Shown piece by piece: positions 41,465-50,128 of a DNA stretch of 64,000 bases (position 1 is the first letter of the stretch; each line of letters starts with the position of its first letter). The notes beneath the pieces were generated by a model. It was not told where the DNA came from. It was given only the letters and a program-made list of their open reading frames with translations, and made no database searches. The position numbers and the translations under genes are program-made. Source of the stretch: Kiritimatiellia bacterium (GTDB taxonomy: Bacteria > Verrucomicrobiota > Kiritimatiellia > UBA8416 > YA12-FULL-48-11); NCBI GenBank assembly GCA_028716365.1, contig JAQUPZ010000002.1:705005-769004 (forward strand), in the 5' to 3' direction.

Positions 41465-41710
41465 ATGACACAGTTACAGATCATTGAAAAACTTAGGACA
41501 ATGATGCGAAAATCTTCACAGGCTCAGGTAGATTGGGATACCGTGACGGCTGACTCCTCCATTGCGTCCCTGGGTTTTGACTCGCTTTCGATTCTTGATC
41601 TTGTTTACGATATCCAGCAGGAATTCGGATTTGAATTCGAAGCTGAGGAACTTGTTGGCGTCAAGACCGTGGGCCAATTGGCGGATTTCCTTGAAAAGAA
41701 ACAAAAATAG
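41465..41710 (+). CDS. Acyl carrier protein (dedicated ACP)
   Basis: 81 aa with the LGFDSLSILDL phosphopantetheine-attachment motif. Confidence 0.8.
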   Translation: MTQLQIIEKLRTMMRKSSQAQVDWDTVTADSSIASLGFDSLSILDLVYDIQQEFGFEFEAEELVGVKTVGQLADFLEKKQK

Positions 41711-41716
41711 CACCTG

Positions 41717-42622
41717 GTGAAAAAACTTCGTCATCTTCTTGAATACTGTGCTTCGCTTTTTGGCTTGTTCCTTTTAGACCGGATATCACCATCCACTGCA
41801 GAGCATCTGGCCATCAAGATGGCCGATCTATGGTATTGCTTCAACAGTTTACGTCGACAAATTGCGTGTGATAACATCAGGCGTAGCGGCATTACTCCCA
41901 GCGACTCTGAAGTCAACAGAATAGCCCGGGAATCGTTTCGGCACTTGGCTGTTCTTGTTGTGGAATCACTTAAGTCAGGAAATGTTTTCGATGAAAACAA
42001 CTGGCGAGAAAAGGTTGAAATAGATATCCATCCAGAAACAATGGAAATTCTGAAAGAACCCGGTCGCGGCGTGATTCTTGTTTCGGGACATTTTGGGAAC
42101 TGGGAAGTTGCAGCCCAACTTCTTTCATATATTAAACCGGTAACAGGCATAACACGAGATATGGATAATCCTTATACCGATAAGCTGATGAAAGAACGTA
42201 AACCGAGAAATCGCTTTCAACTCACTCCAAAACATGACGCTGGCGTAGACCGCCTGCTGTCAGTCCTGAAAAACGGCGAAATCCTGGCTCTTATGATCGA
42301 CCAGCATGCAATGGGGCGTGGTATGGCAATAAATTTTTTTGGAATGCCGGCATCAACCCATACTTCCCCTGCCCTGCTTCATCTTGTCACGCGGGCCCCA
42401 TTGTGTTTCGGCTATTGTATCCGGAAAGGACCAATGTCTTACAAGTTCAAAGCCATTGCCCCGATTATTCATAAACCTACCGGTAACCGGGAAAATGACG
42501 TGCGTGTCATCCTGGAAATGTTGACAATTGAACTAGAGAATGCCATCAGGCAAAACCCGGAGCAATACCTGTGGGCACACAGACGATGGAAAATTAAACC
42601 ACCATCAGCCAATCAAGTATAA
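41717..42622 (+). CDS. Lipid A biosynthesis late acyltransferase family protein (LpxL/LpxM/LpxXL-like)
   Basis: About 300 aa with an N-terminal membrane anchor and an HFGNWE-like motif (SGHFGNWEVAAQ) characteristic of the HtrB/MsbB family. Confidence 0.7.
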   Translation: MKKLRHLLEYCASLFGLFLLDRISPSTAEHLAIKMADLWYCFNSLRRQIACDNIRRSGITPSDSEVNRIARESFRHLAVLVVESLKSGNVFDENNWREKVEIDIHPETMEILKEPGRGVILVSGHFGNWEVAAQLLSYIKPVTGITRDMDNPYTDKLMKERKPRNRFQLTPKHDAGVDRLLSVLKNGEILALMIDQHAMGRGMAINFFGMPASTHTSPALLHLVTRAPLCFGYCIRKGPMSYKFKAIAPIIHKPTGNRENDVRVILEMLTIELENAIRQNPEQYLWAHRRWKIKPPSANQV

Positions 42623-42630
42623 ACATATCT

Positions 42631-43302
42631 ATGATTAACAGCGTCATTTTCGACATGGATGGTGTTCTGACCGATTCTGAACCCATTATAAATGCCGCAT
42701 CCATAGAAGGTCTGCGCGAGTATGGTGTAAACGCAAAGCCCGAAGACTTCCTTCCTTTTGTCGGTACAGGCGATGATCGTTATATCGGAGGTGTAGCCGA
42801 ACTTTACGGAAGGAAATACTTCCCCGAAATGAAGACTCGCGTATACGAAATTTACCTCAAGATATTGCCCAAACGAATCAAGCCATTTCCCGGCGTGATC
42901 GATCTTATCAATCGTCTTAAGATCATCGGCATTAAGATGGCAGTGGCTTCCAGTTCCGATAGAATCAAGGTGGAGGCAAATCTCCAGGCAATAGGACTCA
43001 AGCTTGGTTCTTTTCAAACCATCATAGTCGGTGATGATGTTCCAAAGAAAAAACCTGCTCCCGATATTTATCTTGTTACTGCCGAAAAAATGCACACTTC
43101 ACCGTTAAACTGCTGTGTCATCGAAGATGCCATCAGTGGAATCACCGCGGCAAAAGCTGCAGGAATGCGATGTGTTGCTGTCGAACATAGTTTCCCGTCA
43201 ACAGAGTTAATCAAAGCAAAACCGGACCGTATATGTCATCAATTCGCCGATATCACCCCTGACGATCTCGGCCTTTTGGACTACCAAGCCCAACTTTCAT
43301 GA
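42631..43302 (+). CDS. HAD-family hydrolase (beta-phosphoglucomutase-like subfamily)
   Basis: Motif I VIFDMDGVLTDSE. Later IEDAISGITAAKAAGM. Confidence 0.75.
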   Translation: MINSVIFDMDGVLTDSEPIINAASIEGLREYGVNAKPEDFLPFVGTGDDRYIGGVAELYGRKYFPEMKTRVYEIYLKILPKRIKPFPGVIDLINRLKIIGIKMAVASSSDRIKVEANLQAIGLKLGSFQTIIVGDDVPKKKPAPDIYLVTAEKMHTSPLNCCVIEDAISGITAAKAAGMRCVAVEHSFPSTELIKAKPDRICHQFADITPDDLGLLDYQAQLS

Positions 43303-43348
43303 AATGCAAATGACAGGGTGGAAATATTCCAGAATCATTCACAACGAC

Positions 43349-44248
43349 CTACCATTCGAGATGCCTCGTTGAAAGAAAGTCTAATTCATCACCACTCACA
43401 GGATCTTTGAAGGATAGTTCTTTCGCCAGAAGTTGCAGAGGTTTATCGAATCCTTGCTTAGGTTCAGAGCAAAGAAAGGGATAATAGAAATCATTGATGA
43501 TTTGACTTCCGATCATTGTCATATGAAGACGCAACTGGTGTTGTTTGCCGGTAAGAGGTTCAAGCAGGAAATAACCCAGACCATTTCTTGTCTCGCGAAG
43601 TTTGATAATTGTCCGGGCATTTGGTTCACCCGCCTCGTTCCTGGAAAGAAACCACGGATCACCCCGGACAATTCTACTTTCAACCAGCCACTCATTATTT
43701 CCCTGTTCAGGCGGCAGAATACCAACAGCTTCGTAAACTTTTCTTATTCGACCAAACCTGAAAAGATCGCTGTAAAGACTCCTCGTCTTTTTATTAACCG
43801 AAAACATCACAACACCAGCCGTTTCACGGTCAAGCCGGTTTACCGGCACCAGGTCTTCAATACCTGTCCTTTCCCTCAAGCGATAGAGGAGACATTCATT
43901 TACATATGGTCCTGATGGAATCACCGGAAGAAAATGAGGTTTACAGGCAACCAATAGTTGCTCATTCTGGAAAACAATTTTCTCTTTAAATGGTATGTCT
44001 GGTTCAATTCCCACCTCACGGCGATAGCACAGACGTAAATTAACGAGGTACGGTGTATCCAATGTAACCAGACATCCTGAATCATCTGTAATGCAACCTT
44101 CCTCCAGTCTCGCGCGCCATACCTCTCGTCCTACGTGGCTGAATCGCCGGTCAAGGAAATCAAGTATTGAAGGATACGGACGATCGGCATGCGGCAGGGT
44201 TACATATGACAAATTAGGCGCTGTACTGCGTTTGGGTATTTCCTGCAT
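43349..44248 (-). CDS. RluA-family pseudouridine synthase
   Basis: Catalytic motif VNRLDRETAGVVMFS. Confidence 0.7.
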   Translation of the reverse strand: MQEIPKRSTAPNLSYVTLPHADRPYPSILDFLDRRFSHVGREVWRARLEEGCITDDSGCLVTLDTPYLVNLRLCYRREVGIEPDIPFKEKIVFQNEQLLVACKPHFLPVIPSGPYVNECLLYRLRERTGIEDLVPVNRLDRETAGVVMFSVNKKTRSLYSDLFRFGRIRKVYEAVGILPPEQGNNEWLVESRIVRGDPWFLSRNEAGEPNARTIIKLRETRNGLGYFLLEPLTGKQHQLRLHMTMIGSQIINDFYYPFLCSEPKQGFDKPLQLLAKELSFKDPVSGDELDFLSTRHLEW

Positions 44249-44298
44249 TTAAAAATATCCAGTAATAATAAAATATCATTAAAAGCCAATCCCGCGAT

Positions 44299-44580
44299 TT
44301 ACAGGATTTCCGTCCGCAGATCCAGCAACACATAACGCGGATTCGACCTCAGGAATGAACTGATTTCAGAAATTCTGGTTTGGACGGTCTCAGATTCCGC
44401 AGCTACTGTCACAAATGCGAGGTCTGAATACTGCCATTTATCCTGTTTATCTATCTCGGCCACGCTCACATTCATTTTGTCTAGTACGCGGTCTTTAATA
44501 CTTCTTATCACGGAACGCTTATCTTTCAATGACTGCGCGTCCGGAATACTGATGCTTGCAGTTACGATGCCGATTCTCAT
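44299..44580 (-). CDS. DUF503 family protein
   Basis: 93 aa, MRIGIVTASISIPDAQSLKDKRSVIRSIKDRV pattern typical of DUF503/YlxP-like proteins. Confidence 0.5.
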   Translation of the reverse strand: MRIGIVTASISIPDAQSLKDKRSVIRSIKDRVLDKMNVSVAEIDKQDKWQYSDLAFVTVAAESETVQTRISEISSFLRSNPRYVLLDLRTEIL

Positions 44581-44602
44581 GTATATGATACACGATCAGT
44601 AG

Positions 44603-44683
44603 TTATTTCGAAAGCAATGCTTGACCGAGAATATAGCCGATAATAGCGCCGATTATAGCCCCTGACCAGGGACTGGTCATCAT
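44603..44683 (-). CDS. Second half of a YeaQ/GlsB/YmgE-like glycine-zipper membrane protein (26-aa peptide MMTSPWSGAIIGAIIGYILGQALLSK)
   Basis: GxxxG-zipper helix. It lies immediately 3' of, and in frame with, the 31-aa peptide after a TGA codon. Confidence 0.35.
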   Translation of the reverse strand: MMTSPWSGAIIGAIIGYILGQALLSK

Positions 44684-44686
44684 AGG

Positions 44687-44782
44687 TCAACCCATGCCGC
44701 ATTTGGCCAGAAATTTTCCCGTCAGCCCGCCAAGAAGTGCCCCAATAATTACAGTACTTAAAAGAACTACAATCGACTTCAT
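44687..44782 (-). CDS. First half of a YeaQ/GlsB-like small membrane protein (31 aa MKSIVVLLSTVIIGALLGGLTGKFLAKCGMG, then TGA)
   Basis: The ATG overlaps the histidine kinase stop (ATGA). Hydrophobic helix with a GxxxG pattern. Confidence 0.35.
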   Translation of the reverse strand: MKSIVVLLSTVIIGALLGGLTGKFLAKCGMG

Positions 44783-46383
44783 GTTTTTCCTCGAATTGCT
44801 AATGCACGCGCAATTGCATTCTGGAACTCAAGACGAGTAACAGGTTTACACAAAACAACATCGACTCCCTCAGGACATTCCTTATTTTCATTCATAATGT
44901 CACCAAATCCGGTAACCATAATTATCGGGATCTTATTATTCACCTCCCTGATAGCCGCAGCAACCTGATCGCCGCTCATGTCCGGCATTGCCCTGTCGGT
45001 AATAACAAAATCATACGAACCGCTGGAAAACTTCGCCATGCCATCCTTCCCATTTGATGCAATGTCAACGATATGTTTGTCAGCCTTCAAATACATATTA
45101 AACAACTTACAAGCATAGGGTTCATCATCGATCACTAGAATTCTCATTTGTGGAATCATAAAGGCTGGTATTTCCACGGGCGGTTCAAGAACCTCAGCCT
45201 CTTCGGTAGGTAAACATATAGCCACCTTGGTACCCTTTCCCGGCGCACTTATAATATCAATTGTACCATTCTGCCGTTTGGCAAATCCGTATGCCATCGA
45301 CAATCCAAGGCCTGTCCCGGCGTCTCCTTTGGTGGTAAAAAAAGGCTCAAAGCACCTGTGGCGCACATCATCGGTCATGCCCATACCTGTATCACATACC
45401 TCCAAAACCACCATATTATGTTCTTTTCTGGTATTAAGCGTAATTGTCCCGCCGTCAGGCATGGCATCCACTGCGTTAAGGATGAGATTAATCAGTATCT
45501 CCCGCAACTGCGATTCCTTCGCATTGACCATAGGTATGTCCTGAAGTTCTGTCTTAACACTGATATGAATTCCTTTTGCGCCCATCTCGGACTGCCATTT
45601 GGGCCTGGTAAGAATAACCGCTGTTTCAACCTGTTTATTCAAATTACCTTTGTATTTTTCTTCCTCGGAAGACATCCGATAGAACTCCCGCAAACGACGG
45701 ACAGCCTGTGCAGCATCCATCGCAGCCATTCTGATGTCCTTAAGCATACCCAGAGTTTCTTCTGTTTTGACAAGAATTTCCGGTTTAGCGATCAAGACAT
45801 CCGTATAACCAAGAATCGGCATTAGCGCATTATTGAAGTCATGGGCCACACCGCTGGCCATTTCTCCAAGCGCATTGAGACGTTCATGCTGAATGATCTT
45901 TTGTTGTGTCTGTTTCAACTGCGTAAGAGCATGAGACAGCCGCATGTTGACATCTCGCAACTCCTGTTCCATTTTCTTTGTTGGTGAAATATTGCGGATC
46001 AAACCTAAAAGCCCAATTATATCCCCTTTCTCATCCTTTATTGGAATTCTATGCCCACACAACCAACATGTTTCCCCGCAACTGTTGGAAATCTTTTGTT
46101 CAAGAGAAAAGACTGGTTGTCCTGTTTTAATGACTTTTTCCTCCTGCTCGTGGACACTCTGAACATCCAAGGCGGGAAATAGATCAAAATCAGTTTTACC
46201 TATGACCTCGTCGGGACTGGAAAGCCCCATTATCGCGGCATGTGCTTCGTTGGTTTGAACAAACCGCAAATTCCTGTCCTTAAGGAACAGAATTTCAGGA
46301 AGGTTATCCATGAGAAGATCAAGAAGATTAACATTACCGGTAAAAACCTTTCCCAAGGTATTGTTTATCGTTGGACTTGTCAT
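44779..46383 (-). CDS. Hybrid sensor histidine kinase (PAS, HisKA, HATPase, C-terminal receiver)
   Basis: VAHDFNNALMPILGY H-box, HATPase G-boxes, C-terminal ILVIDDEPY...ITDRAMPDMSG receiver. Confidence 0.8.
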   Translation of the reverse strand: MTSPTINNTLGKVFTGNVNLLDLLMDNLPEILFLKDRNLRFVQTNEAHAAIMGLSSPDEVIGKTDFDLFPALDVQSVHEQEEKVIKTGQPVFSLEQKISNSCGETCWLCGHRIPIKDEKGDIIGLLGLIRNISPTKKMEQELRDVNMRLSHALTQLKQTQQKIIQHERLNALGEMASGVAHDFNNALMPILGYTDVLIAKPEILVKTEETLGMLKDIRMAAMDAAQAVRRLREFYRMSSEEEKYKGNLNKQVETAVILTRPKWQSEMGAKGIHISVKTELQDIPMVNAKESQLREILINLILNAVDAMPDGGTITLNTRKEHNMVVLEVCDTGMGMTDDVRHRCFEPFFTTKGDAGTGLGLSMAYGFAKRQNGTIDIISAPGKGTKVAICLPTEEAEVLEPPVEIPAFMIPQMRILVIDDEPYACKLFNMYLKADKHIVDIASNGKDGMAKFSSGSYDFVITDRAMPDMSGDQVAAAIREVNNKIPIIMVTGFGDIMNENKECPEGVDVVLCKPVTRLEFQNAIARALAIRGKT

Positions 46384-46607
46384 TTTTGATACCCTCTCCT
46401 AATTAATCTATATGGGTTTAATAAGAGTACTAATAGCTGTTTGGATGTCAATCCACAAGACCATCACGTCCTGTCCATCAAACATAAGAACAAAACACCA
46501 TTTCCTGATAATCCTTATTCATACCAAAGTATTGAATTCTGTCGCATTGAATTCTTGACTTTACTCTGTCTACCCCGGAATATAGTCTTCAGAATTTAGG
46601 AGATTAA

Positions 46608-46988
46608 TTGCCAATGCCTCGACTTCTTATAGTTGACGATGAAGCTGATGTACTCAGAATGCTGAGCGCGTTGTTCAGCGTAAAAGGTTACGAAGTCGTT
46701 GTATGTGAAAATGGCAATGAAGCCATCGACCTTTTGAGAGAGAAAGACAGATTTGATCTTCTTATCTCAGACGTCCGTATGATTCCCGTAAACGGCTTAT
46801 GGCTCCTTAGCCTGGTCAGAGAAGAATGTCCTACAATGCCCGTAATAATGGTGACAGCTTATTATTCCAAGGAAATGGCCGTGGAAGCCCTAAGAATGGG
46901 TGCCTTCAGTTACATGGCAAAACCTTTTGATACTCAAAAGCTCCTGGACACCGTCGAAAAGGCTCTTGAATCTGCAAGAAAATCATAA
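46608..46988 (+). CDS. Single-domain response regulator (CheY-like receiver)
   Basis: LLIVDDEADVLRML...LLISDVRM receiver motifs. 126 aa. Confidence 0.8.
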   Translation: MPMPRLLIVDDEADVLRMLSALFSVKGYEVVVCENGNEAIDLLREKDRFDLLISDVRMIPVNGLWLLSLVREECPTMPVIMVTAYYSKEMAVEALRMGAFSYMAKPFDTQKLLDTVEKALESARKS

Positions 46989-47011
46989 CTATTGGATAAC
47001 AGAAAGAAAAC

Positions 47012-47395
47012 ATGCCTGCCCCTATTTTCCCGACAAAAAAACTAAAAAAAGGTGAAAATCTTTTTAAAGAAGGCGAAACAGCTTCTGCGGCTTATCTTAT
47101 TAAAAACGGTTATGTTTCGATATGGCGAACTGAAGGAACGAAAACCATAAATCTCGCAACAAAGGCAGAGGGAGAAATCGTCGGAGAAATGGCGCTAATT
47201 GACGATACAACTCGCTCAGCAACTGTAACAGCCGGGTGTGACGTGGAAGTCGAAATTATCACAAGAGCGCAACTCGACAACATGTTGTCCAAGGCGCCGG
47301 AAACTGTTGGTGTAATACTTCACCAGCTTCTTGAATCACTCCGCTGTGCAAACGACCTGATCGGAATGTATGCTTCCCGGCCTGTATCAAAGTAA
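47012..47395 (+). CDS. Standalone cyclic-nucleotide-binding domain protein
   Basis: LFKEGETASAAYLIKNGYV...GEIVGEMALID resembles the cNMP-binding fold. There is no DNA-binding domain. Confidence 0.65.
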   Translation: MPAPIFPTKKLKKGENLFKEGETASAAYLIKNGYVSIWRTEGTKTINLATKAEGEIVGEMALIDDTTRSATVTAGCDVEVEIITRAQLDNMLSKAPETVGVILHQLLESLRCANDLIGMYASRPVSK

Positions 47396-47419
47396 TCAAG
47401 ACATCAAAGAAAGGTAAAC

Positions 47420-48157
47420 ATGAGACATTATACACCATTAGTTATAGCACTGTTTCTGGGCATCTGTTTAACCAGACTGTCTCTGGGTGCTATATCAGGT
47501 TCCATTTCCAGCGAATCTCTCACAGCCGCGCCCCCTGTTGAATCTATCAGTTTTGGATTTAACTACGATGGCGGGAAACGTCAGGTCAAAGACAACTCAG
47601 ATAACATCACTGAGCTCGAAGCGCGATCATATTCATTTTTTCTCGGTTATGATGCCTCCAAGTGGTGTACCCTGTTCGCCACTCTGGGGATGTCAGAGGC
47701 AAGACTCTCAGATAAGGACGAATTCGGGGATGCCAAAGTTAAATGGTCGATTGGTATCAACGCCAATATATGGCATATAGATCTGGAAGAGCCTCCTCTT
47801 TTTTCCGGCCGTATAAGCATCAGACCGGCTCTTGAATATTCCCAATTCAACTCCGGCATTGATGACGAAACGATTAAATGGAGGGATATCTCAGGGACTT
47901 TGTTATTAAGCTATGAGAAAATCATTGAAGACCCAAAATACAATATAACCGAGTTCTACGGTTATGCCATTTATGCAGGTCCGGTATTCTCAATAATTGA
48001 CGGCTCTATAGGCGATAATGTTGACTTCAACGAGGACACGAGTTTGGGACTTGTCGGTGGACTTGATTTCTTTATCCGTCGTAATCTCTCGGTCGGCGGG
48101 CAAATTCAATCGTTCGATGAGCTGTCCTTCGGTGGTAACTTCCGGTACCATTTCTGA
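47420..48157 (+). CDS. Outer membrane beta-barrel protein
   Basis: Signal peptide, alternating amphipathic strands, C-terminal aromatic residue (FGGNFRYHF). Confidence 0.55.
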   Translation: MRHYTPLVIALFLGICLTRLSLGAISGSISSESLTAAPPVESISFGFNYDGGKRQVKDNSDNITELEARSYSFFLGYDASKWCTLFATLGMSEARLSDKDEFGDAKVKWSIGINANIWHIDLEEPPLFSGRISIRPALEYSQFNSGIDDETIKWRDISGTLLLSYEKIIEDPKYNITEFYGYAIYAGPVFSIIDGSIGDNVDFNEDTSLGLVGGLDFFIRRNLSVGGQIQSFDELSFGGNFRYHF

Positions 48158-48305
48158 AGGAAAAGGCCCATATTTAACGTAGATTAAACCTTTTTACGGG
48201 TGTGTTTAATAACTATTGGTTTGTTGTTGCACGAGTATTTCATTAGTCATATACTTTCCCCGTTTTTTTGAACAACACTTCAAACACAACAAAACGAGGA
48301 ATGAT

Positions 48306-48677
48306 ATGCATAGTTACAACGCCTTGATAAAATGTTCCATGGTTCTAACAGCAGTTTGTATTCTTTTCTGTGGTTGTACTGACAAAAAGAGAATTGCCGA
48401 ACTGGAACAGACAAACCAGGCGCTTGAGTCAAGAGTGGCCAAACTCGACAGCGATCTGACGCTGGCATCAAACGCGCTGAGAGCAAAACAGGCCGAAGCA
48501 GCCAATCTCCAGTCGCAACTTGCCGGTATACAGGCAAAAATGGTAGAAGCGGAAAAATCAAAACCTGCCGTCACCAAAAAGGCAACCACTGGAACAAAGA
48601 CCGCTACCACGGCAAAGAAGGGCACAACAACTGCCAAAAAGAGCACTTCGCCCAAAGTAAAAAAAGCGATAAAGTAA
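48306..48677 (+). CDS. Lipoprotein with a coiled-coil segment and a Lys/Thr-rich basic tail
   Basis: Lipobox ILFCGCT. Heptad-like ELEQTNQALESRVAKLDSDL. Tail KKATTGTKTATTAKKGTTTAKK. Confidence 0.55.
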   Translation: MHSYNALIKCSMVLTAVCILFCGCTDKKRIAELEQTNQALESRVAKLDSDLTLASNALRAKQAEAANLQSQLAGIQAKMVEAEKSKPAVTKKATTGTKTATTAKKGTTTAKKSTSPKVKKAIK

Positions 48678-48699
48678 TATTTCGAAAATGTTGGCAGAA

Positions 48700-48741
48700 A
48701 AAATAAAACGCCCCGTTCCATAAACGGGGCGTTTTATTTTA
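48700..48741. terminator. Bidirectional rho-independent terminator
   Basis: AAAATAAAACGCCCCGTTccatAAACGGGGCGTTTTATTTT is a perfect 12-bp GC-rich stem flanked by A- and T-runs. It sits between convergent genes. Confidence 0.8.
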
Positions 48742-48742
48742 A

Positions 48743-49186
48743 TTACTTAGATTGTGACTTGTTCCGCTGAAGGTCATCTATTGATTTGAGCATTTTCTGG
48801 CATTCAGGACATATAGCACGATCTACATCCACGGGATAATGTGACAAAAAATACTCTTCAACACGCATCCATTTACCCTTATCAGTCATGACTCTGTGAC
48901 AGTACAGGCATGTCATCAATAACTGCTTTACCAATCGCCTCTGTTGTTCATATGAATGCCCTACTGCAATAATACCGGCAACAATGATTGCCGCGGAAAT
49001 AAGGCTAACACGGTAAATGTTAAAATCGGTTTCTTCTGCTCCGAAGACAAGTGACGGAAGGTCCAGGATTTCGCTGGTCCAGACAAAACACAACAGAAAA
49101 ATAAATGCCATAAATTGCCACAAGGCAATACTTGAAAAAGCATCTCTCTTGGGCGACGATGCAATTTTCTCTTTTATCTTCTCCAT
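48743..49186 (-). CDS. Membrane protein with a C-terminal Cys/His zinc-ribbon-like motif
   Basis: Two predicted TM helices. CLYCHRV...CPEC near the C-terminus. Confidence 0.45.
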   Translation of the reverse strand: MEKIKEKIASSPKRDAFSSIALWQFMAFIFLLCFVWTSEILDLPSLVFGAEETDFNIYRVSLISAAIIVAGIIAVGHSYEQQRRLVKQLLMTCLYCHRVMTDKGKWMRVEEYFLSHYPVDVDRAICPECQKMLKSIDDLQRNKSQSK

Positions 49187-49345
49187 AGAGCCTCCGCTTC
49201 ACTGCTGTTTATTATCACTTCTGACCTTTACCACACCATACCATTGAACAATATTGAAGCAATAATAACAATTTTATTATATAAAACCACCGGATTTACA
49301 GGGAAACTCCGGAAAAAATCAGCAAAACATAAATAAAAAAGAAAT

Positions 49346-49690
49346 TTAACGTTTCTGTACAGGGGAGAGACTATCAGGACTCTGCTTGATTTGATACTTC
49401 TCAACTATTGTTTTTGCATCTGGATTTGTTGTAGACAGGGTTATCAGATTAAAAGCGATTTTTTGAAGATCAGATTGAACAGCCCTTGCCTGATTGGCCA
49501 ATTGTTCTCTCTGGACAATCTGTTTCTGCCAAATAAGACTTTGGGATTTTGTCAGATAGAGTTCCCAACCCAGTATCAGCAAAACAGCAATCATAAAAAT
49601 CGCTATAGGGAGAAAAACCCCCTGGGACGATGGGGCTTCATCCCTGTTATTCGGCATTTCAGTATTCTTATCTATGTTACTCGTTTCCAT
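49346..49690 (-). CDS. Small single-pass membrane protein, paralog of the adjacent gene
   Basis: TM helix FLPIAIFMIAVLLILGW, then a Gln-rich coiled region. The C-terminus is similar to 49692-50057. Confidence 0.45.
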   Translation of the reverse strand: METSNIDKNTEMPNNRDEAPSSQGVFLPIAIFMIAVLLILGWELYLTKSQSLIWQKQIVQREQLANQARAVQSDLQKIAFNLITLSTTNPDAKTIVEKYQIKQSPDSLSPVQKR

Positions 49691-49691
49691 G

Positions 49692-50057
49692 CTACTTTCC
49701 TGCCGTACTTTTCAAATCTTTGCCTTTAGTCTGACTTTTGGGGAAAAACAACTTTTCCTGTTTACTCCCTGAAAAAGATTGAACCGTAGACGGTACAAAA
49801 CCATATGTCTCAAGAATAGCCCTTATCTCATGATTGGATGCACTCACAGCAATCATATCCTGAATAATCCGGCTACCGACTTGACGAGACATATTACCGC
49901 GATCAATATCAACCTGTTGTGCCTGGATTTTAGCCTGCAATTTTTCATTCGTCCGCCCCACCCCAATAATCCAAACAGCCAAGATAAGACAAATAATACT
50001 CAGGATAAGTGTAACATTATATTCCCAATCTTTCATCGGTTGTTTTTTTAGCCCCAA
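49692..50057 (-). CDS. Small single-pass membrane protein, paralog of the adjacent gene
   Basis: TM helix VTLILSIICLILAVWIIGV. Shared architecture and motif (LQAKIQAQQ ... AVSASNHEIRAILETYGF against LQKIAFNLITLSTTNPDAKTIVEKYQI). Confidence 0.45.
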   Translation of the reverse strand: MGLKKQPMKDWEYNVTLILSIICLILAVWIIGVGRTNEKLQAKIQAQQVDIDRGNMSRQVGSRIIQDMIAVSASNHEIRAILETYGFVPSTVQSFSGSKQEKLFFPKSQTKGKDLKSTAGK

Positions 50058-50128
50058 GTCAAATTTTTGTCAATGTTCATATTTCATGGGAAAATGTAAG
50101 ACATGCTCCGTAATGTAAAACCATTATA

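Noticed and set aside
44603-44782. Selenocysteine or stop-codon reassignment at the in-frame TGA
   Set aside because: Flanking genes (addB-like, histidine kinase and others) terminate at TGA, so global reassignment is excluded. No SECIS-like stem-loop is evident downstream. It is kept as a finding, but only as a possible pseudogene or split gene.
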